Assembly (NCBI GenBank): GCA_963664115.2
Contig: CAXWPJ010000009.1
Coordinates: 1,216,001 to 1,280,000 of the forward strand
Source: Terriglobia bacterium
GTDB lineage: Bacteria > Acidobacteriota > Terriglobia > 20CM-2-55-15
DNA: 64,000 nt
Direction: 5' to 3'
The stretch's first letter is position 1. The number at the start of each line of letters is the position of its first letter. The notes under the pieces were generated by a model that did not search any database, was not told the DNA's origin, and saw nothing but the letters and a program-made list of their open reading frames with translations. A program made the translations under genes and the position numbers. Of this stretch, positions 59,722 to 64,000 are shown piece by piece.

Positions 59722-60093
59722 CTAGCTGCGGTTGGGATAGACGTTGAACGTCTGTCCGTTCCACATCACCCGTTCCGTCTTGACCTCAAACCGGCTCTGG
59801 TTGCGGTGGCCGTGCAGCGTGACTTCGGCTCCGACTGGAATGACGTCTTCAGTCAGACCCGCACGGCTGGTGCGGGCTGGAGGCGCCAGAGTGACGTCCC
59901 AAACCTGACCGTCAACCATCAGCTGCATTGTTGCGTGGGGTCCCGCAAGGCTTACAGCCCTGTGAACGATGCCCGTGATTTCAAATTCTTCGGTTTCGTT
60001 TCCGCCCCAACCGTGATGGGCCCAAGCGGGAGCGGCCAAAAGCGACAGCGCAAGAACGCCGATTCCGATCGTAAAAGAGAATCTTGAACGCAT
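59722..60093 (-). CDS. Exported DUF6152-like protein
   Basis: Signal peptide, AHHGW, PH, VTLHGH; AAAGGAG RBS; stop TAG is part of the IS target CTAG. Confidence 0.75.
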   Translation of the reverse strand: MRSRFSFTIGIGVLALSLLAAPAWAHHGWGGNETEEFEITGIVHRAVSLAGPHATMQLMVDGQVWDVTLAPPARTSRAGLTEDVIPVGAEVTLHGHRNQSRFEVKTERVMWNGQTFNVYPNRS

Positions 60094-60388
60094 AGTCGAA
60101 CTCCTTTGATTCGTGACACGAGATTTTGTGGTTGCTCTCCGCGCATACCGCAGTGCCACCCTTGAGGTTACCGGAGTGACGCCGCCAGACCAAAGACTTT
60201 CGCACGGGCGGTCTGGGAATTGGTGTTGTCGTTGAGACAAGGTAGTGGAAGAGCTCAGAGTGAAGGGAAACGCGTCCCCGCCAAGGCGGTAAACCTAGGA
60301 GACGACAGGGACGCCCCCTTCTACCCCCTGAAATCGGCTAGCCCAGCCTTCAACTTTAGGAATGTTGTCATCGGGGGAATTCCGAATC

Positions 60389-60520
60389 ATGGAAACCGGC
60401 ACCAGATATGGCCATTACGAGATCCTCGCACTCAAAGGCAAGGGTGGCATGGGTGAAGTGTGGCGTACGCGAGACACCGGGTTCGGGTGTGCAGCGGCGA
60501 CCAAAGGCTCCATTACATGA
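60389..60520 (+). pseudogene. Ser/Thr kinase N-terminal stub 4 (43 aa)
   Basis: [30 protein letters not shown], then unrelated sequence and stop. Confidence 0.85.
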
Positions 60521-60526
60521 CGTTCT

Positions 60527-62797
60527 TCAGTAACGGAACGTGTACTGAAACTTTGCCGATACCTTGCTCTCTTGAGCAATAAATTGATAATCGGCGTCCG
60601 GATTCTGAATCCACCCCTGGCTGAAAACAAAGAAAAAGTCATTCCCAGGTCGCAAGGTCCATCGGGCACGGCTCTGCCAGCCGAGATTCAGAGACTTGTT
60701 GTCGAATTGAATCAGATTGGAAAACGACAGAGAGGGCGAAGCCGCATAGTTTACCCGCCAGGTTAGGATTCGGGCGACGAAATCGCCTTGAGGCAGCCGG
60801 GCAAACGTCTGCCTGGCGTCGAACCTGATCGTGAACCATGGCGGTATTCTGTAGGTTACATCCGTATTAAATTGATCGGCGTGCCCAGACCAATAGGTGC
60901 CCGATAGCCATTCCACTCCCAGTTGGAGTCTGCGCTTCGACGCAGTCGTAAAACGATTTCTCCAGCGTGTGAACCGGTATTCGCCGGGCGGGAGGGTGAC
61001 GCCGGGGTAAATCTCAAATGGTGCAAACAATCGTTCGTACCTAAGTGAGGGCCAAAAAACGGCATGGAGTGCATCACCAGACTTGAAGTGCCAATCGATA
61101 GGCCCCTGAACATGAAGGTTCGAGCTTTCTAGCTGTCCCGTATCGAGTCGTGTGAAACGGTTATAGACCACGCCCATGAACATCTGCTGAATACCCAGGA
61201 AATCCTCCGGGCGAGGACTGTAGAAACTGCCAATTCTGAGGAGCCGCAAATTGTTACGCCCAACGAAACCTAGCGCGGGCTTGAAATTCTCCTCGACCGT
61301 GCGCAAGGTAAACTCCATTTCCACGAGATCGTTCGGATAATCCACCGAGACGCCATAGGACATATCTCGATCGGAAACGCCTTCATTCCGGCTCTTGAGA
61401 CCGTACGCATTTAAGATCAGATTCTTCGAGTTGTCCAGAAACTGGGAGGTCGCAAGACGCAGGTCTGCACCGAAGGTCTGGCTCGATGCCGGGAGTGCCG
61501 GGTTACCGTTCGTAAAAATTCCACCGATGTAGGACTGCTCCAACAAATTCACTTTCATCCGTCCTACAAAAAAGTTTTTTGAGGGAATGCCCGCCAAATC
61601 CCGTGTGCGCACGTCGAGCACGCCTATGTCGGTTCGACCGACTTTGCCGGTTAACTTCGTTCCAAAATCGATGGGAACCTCTGTTCCGGAAAGCAGTCCG
61701 ATCTGGCGGCTGAAAAACGGTATCACTTCAAACTGCGTCGGGGCGCGAAACCCCGGCCTCCTCACGGCAGTATCGGAAAACGCAAAGACACCGGCATCCT
61801 CCAGAAAGAATGTTCTCTTTTCTGGAAAGAACAGAGAGAAGCGCGAAAGATTGATTTGGCGCGCGTCCACTTCCGTTTCGCCGAAGTCCGTATTCACGGT
61901 CGCCGATAGTTTCAGGTTGGAGGTGAAGTTGTAGAACATGTCGAGTCCCGGCCTGCCGGTGGTCGTATCGTTCCCACTCGCGCTGGTATGGAGCCATCGG
62001 CCGGCGGAGAAAGGACGAATATCCAAACCGATGCCTTGTGTGATGCCGTCGAGGTTGGTGATTTCACCGGCTTCCGACACCTGGCGGAACTGCGTTTGCA
62101 GGCGCGCTCCGGACCAGCGATCTTCCTCCAGCTTTCGCTGGATTCGCCGAGCGATATTGAATCCCCATACCGTCTCCCCGGGGGGAAAACCCAAGCTCTT
62201 GAACGGAATCGCGATTTCGGCAGACCATCCCTGATCCGTGCGTATCGTCCGCACCTCCCAAATAGCGTCCCAGTTCATGTTCGATTGACCGTTTGCGAAG
62301 AGTAGACCGTCTACCAGAGCACCAGCCGGATTCGTGGCGAAGTAAAAGGCGTTGCGCTGATCGCGATAGGTATCGAGCACAATCTCGATCCGGTCGTCGG
62401 AGCCCAAGTTGGCGTCGCGTGCCATCTGCGTGCCAAGGATCTGATCCGGCTCGGAGTCGTAGCACATGACGCCGATGTATAGATAGTTCGCATCGTGGAG
62501 CAGCGTGACTTCCGTCTTCTCCGTCGGTGTTTCGCCGGTTGCCGGTTCCCTCTGGGTCAACTCGCCAATCTTTGGCGCTGTCTCCCATTCACGTTCGTCG
62601 AGCAAACCGTCAATCTGAATTTCCGACGCGATCGCCGTGACAATTGCAGACCTGGGCGCTCCTGGCAAACTGCTTTCCTGCCAAGGTGCGGCAGCCAACA
62701 TTTGTGCCCCGGCAAAGAGCCATATAAGGACAACTCCAGCGGTCCGTATGTTGACAGGGTCGTTGGTGTGGCCGAGTCGAGTGTGGGGCTTCATCAT
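60527..62797 (-). CDS. CBM9-like/DUF5916 outer-membrane protein with kinase-stub-like first residues
   Basis: IDGLLDE..W, GWSAEIAIPF, VNTDFGETEVD, FFPEKRTFFLE; N-terminus MKPHTRLGH. Confidence 0.8.
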   Translation of the reverse strand: MMKPHTRLGHTNDPVNIRTAGVVLIWLFAGAQMLAAAPWQESSLPGAPRSAIVTAIASEIQIDGLLDEREWETAPKIGELTQREPATGETPTEKTEVTLLHDANYLYIGVMCYDSEPDQILGTQMARDANLGSDDRIEIVLDTYRDQRNAFYFATNPAGALVDGLLFANGQSNMNWDAIWEVRTIRTDQGWSAEIAIPFKSLGFPPGETVWGFNIARRIQRKLEEDRWSGARLQTQFRQVSEAGEITNLDGITQGIGLDIRPFSAGRWLHTSASGNDTTTGRPGLDMFYNFTSNLKLSATVNTDFGETEVDARQINLSRFSLFFPEKRTFFLEDAGVFAFSDTAVRRPGFRAPTQFEVIPFFSRQIGLLSGTEVPIDFGTKLTGKVGRTDIGVLDVRTRDLAGIPSKNFFVGRMKVNLLEQSYIGGIFTNGNPALPASSQTFGADLRLATSQFLDNSKNLILNAYGLKSRNEGVSDRDMSYGVSVDYPNDLVEMEFTLRTVEENFKPALGFVGRNNLRLLRIGSFYSPRPEDFLGIQQMFMGVVYNRFTRLDTGQLESSNLHVQGPIDWHFKSGDALHAVFWPSLRYERLFAPFEIYPGVTLPPGEYRFTRWRNRFTTASKRRLQLGVEWLSGTYWSGHADQFNTDVTYRIPPWFTIRFDARQTFARLPQGDFVARILTWRVNYAASPSLSFSNLIQFDNKSLNLGWQSRARWTLRPGNDFFFVFSQGWIQNPDADYQFIAQESKVSAKFQYTFRY

Positions 62798-62832
62798 TTA
62801 ATGTGTGTCGAAACCAACTGAAATCGTAGGGG

Positions 62833-62875
62833 TAAATCTAACTACAGATGGGCTTTAGAAACAATCAAAGTCTCG
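62833..62875 (-). promoter_or_regulatory. Fourth copy of the conserved promoter/site-edge element
   Basis: taaatctaactacagatggg..tta-N12-gtctc; first 15 nt identical to 18162-18176. Confidence 0.65.
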
Positions 62876-62879
62876 ACAT

Positions 62880-63050
62880 TAGGTTGGGGCTTCCCTTTTT
62901 CTCCCCCCGCGTGCGACACCACGCCGAGCAACTCCCCCGACTCATTTATGATGGGGCCGCCGCTGGTTCCTCCTTCGATGTCTCGTCGGCCTCCAACTTG
63001 AAACTCGGCCAGTCGCCTCTTGGCGACAATGAGGATGTGATGTCTCGGTG
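62880..63050 (-). pseudogene. Trypsin-like serine protease fragment
   Basis: GGTSGGPIINESGELLGVVS nucleophile motif, isolated. Confidence 0.55.
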
Positions 63051-63059
63051 AGCCAGCGG

Positions 63060-63093
63060 GACAAACAGAAGTCCCGTTTTTGGACACTGAGAA
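63060..63093 (-). repeat. Degenerate palindromic site
   Basis: ...agaa gtcccg tttttggacac tgagaa aligns with site B' right arm. Confidence 0.5.
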
Positions 63094-63250
63094 TCGCTTC
63101 AATTAGATTTGTTTTTCACTGCGTTGACAGGGTAGAACTCCCAGCTTACAATTTGCACCTCTACAAAAAAGGCCAGCATAGACTTAAGATACTGTGCCCA
63201 CGGGCGCTGTTCGAGTCGAACACGGACAGTTCGTTTACCGGAGGTCTTAG

Positions 63251-64000
63251 ATGTCTTATCGAGTTCTTATTGCAGGGGCCGTTCTGTCTGTTCTGATCGC
63301 ATCCGCGTCACCGGCCGTGGTATCTGTCGCCGGCCAGACCCCAGAGGACGCCTTAACAGCGACGTGGCCTCCGCCCCCCACTACCTACACGCCGCCCCGT
63401 ACGCCATGGGGCGATCCGGACCTGCAGGGCACATGGGACTTTCAGAGCAGGATCCCGATGGAACGACCCGAGCTTTATGAAGGGAAACCGGTTCTGACGG
63501 ACGAAGAATGGGCTGAATGGGAAGGGGTTAACAGGATTTCGAATTGGAACCAGCAGAACTTCGTAAGAGACCGGAGGACGTCGCTCGTTGTGGATCCTCC
63601 GGATGGGAGGATTCCACCGCTGTCGCCCGAAGGGGATGCGAGGGTGGAGGCGTATGAAGCTGTTCGGAATGCGCCTGGACGCGGTCCATACGATTCATGG
63701 GAAGACTTCCGCACGATTGGGCGTTGCATCGCGGCACACACGCCACAGGGTCCGATGGGTTACAACAGTGCGGTGCTGTTTATGCAGTCGCCAGGCTGGG
63801 TGGTGCTGGTCCGCGAGCGATTAGACACTCGCGTCATCCCGCTTGACGGGCGCCCTCATCTGGATCCAGACGTCCGCCTGTGGAACGGGGACTCTCGTGG
63901 CTACTGGGAGGGGAGTACCCTTGTGGTGGAGACGAGGAATTTCACGGACAAGCAGATGGGGACCGGAATAATGAACCCAGCCAGTCGCCAGCCTGTGACC
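63251..64000 (+). CDS. Exported hypothetical protein (same family as 15.8-17.9 kb genes), runs off the window
   Basis: GGAGG RBS, signal peptide, RTPWGDPDLQGTW, DPPDGRIP, GDSRGYWEGSTLVVETRNF; open to the end. Confidence 0.8.
   Translation, partial: MSYRVLIAGAVLSVLIASASPAVVSVAGQTPEDALTATWPPPPTTYTPPRTPWGDPDLQGTWDFQSRIPMERPELYEGKPVLTDEEWAEWEGVNRISNWNQQNFVRDRRTSLVVDPPDGRIPPLSPEGDARVEAYEAVRNAPGRGPYDSWEDFRTIGRCIAAHTPQGPMGYNSAVLFMQSPGWVVLVRERLDTRVIPLDGRPHLDPDVRLWNGDSRGYWEGSTLVVETRNFTDKQMGTGIMNPASRQPVT

Overview
Bacterial chromosomal window, probably Acidobacteria (inferred from gene content, not checked). From left to right: a housekeeping block on the minus strand (tRNA-Leu(TAG)-tig-clpP-clpX-lon-engB-rho); a ~12.3 kb island (9833-22167) integrated in tRNA-Leu with duplication of the tRNA's 5' half; a run of hydrolase/peptidase/sulfatase genes; a type IV minor-pilin cluster with glycosyltransferases; an ABC exporter, pruA, a TonB-dependent receptor, a diguanylate cyclase and thyX; and a second accessory region from ~57 kb. 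Three near-identical IS1380-family elements sit in CTAG sites, and two of them split genes. The most notable feature is a repeated unit that the ORF track does not explain: a ~40-bp palindromic site with an 11-6-11 core (tyrosine-recombinase-like), a conserved sigma70-like promoter, and only the first 9-45 codons of a Ser/Thr kinase, which abut or fuse to unrelated cargo genes. Three same-orientation sites share the spacer GATGAT and delimit two ~3.2-3.3 kb cassette-like modules. An IS110-family (IS1111-type) element is inserted inside one site, and its downstream non-coding region carries segments matching both that site and the IS ends, as expected of a bridge/seek RNA. All alignments were done by eye; functional interpretations are hypotheses.
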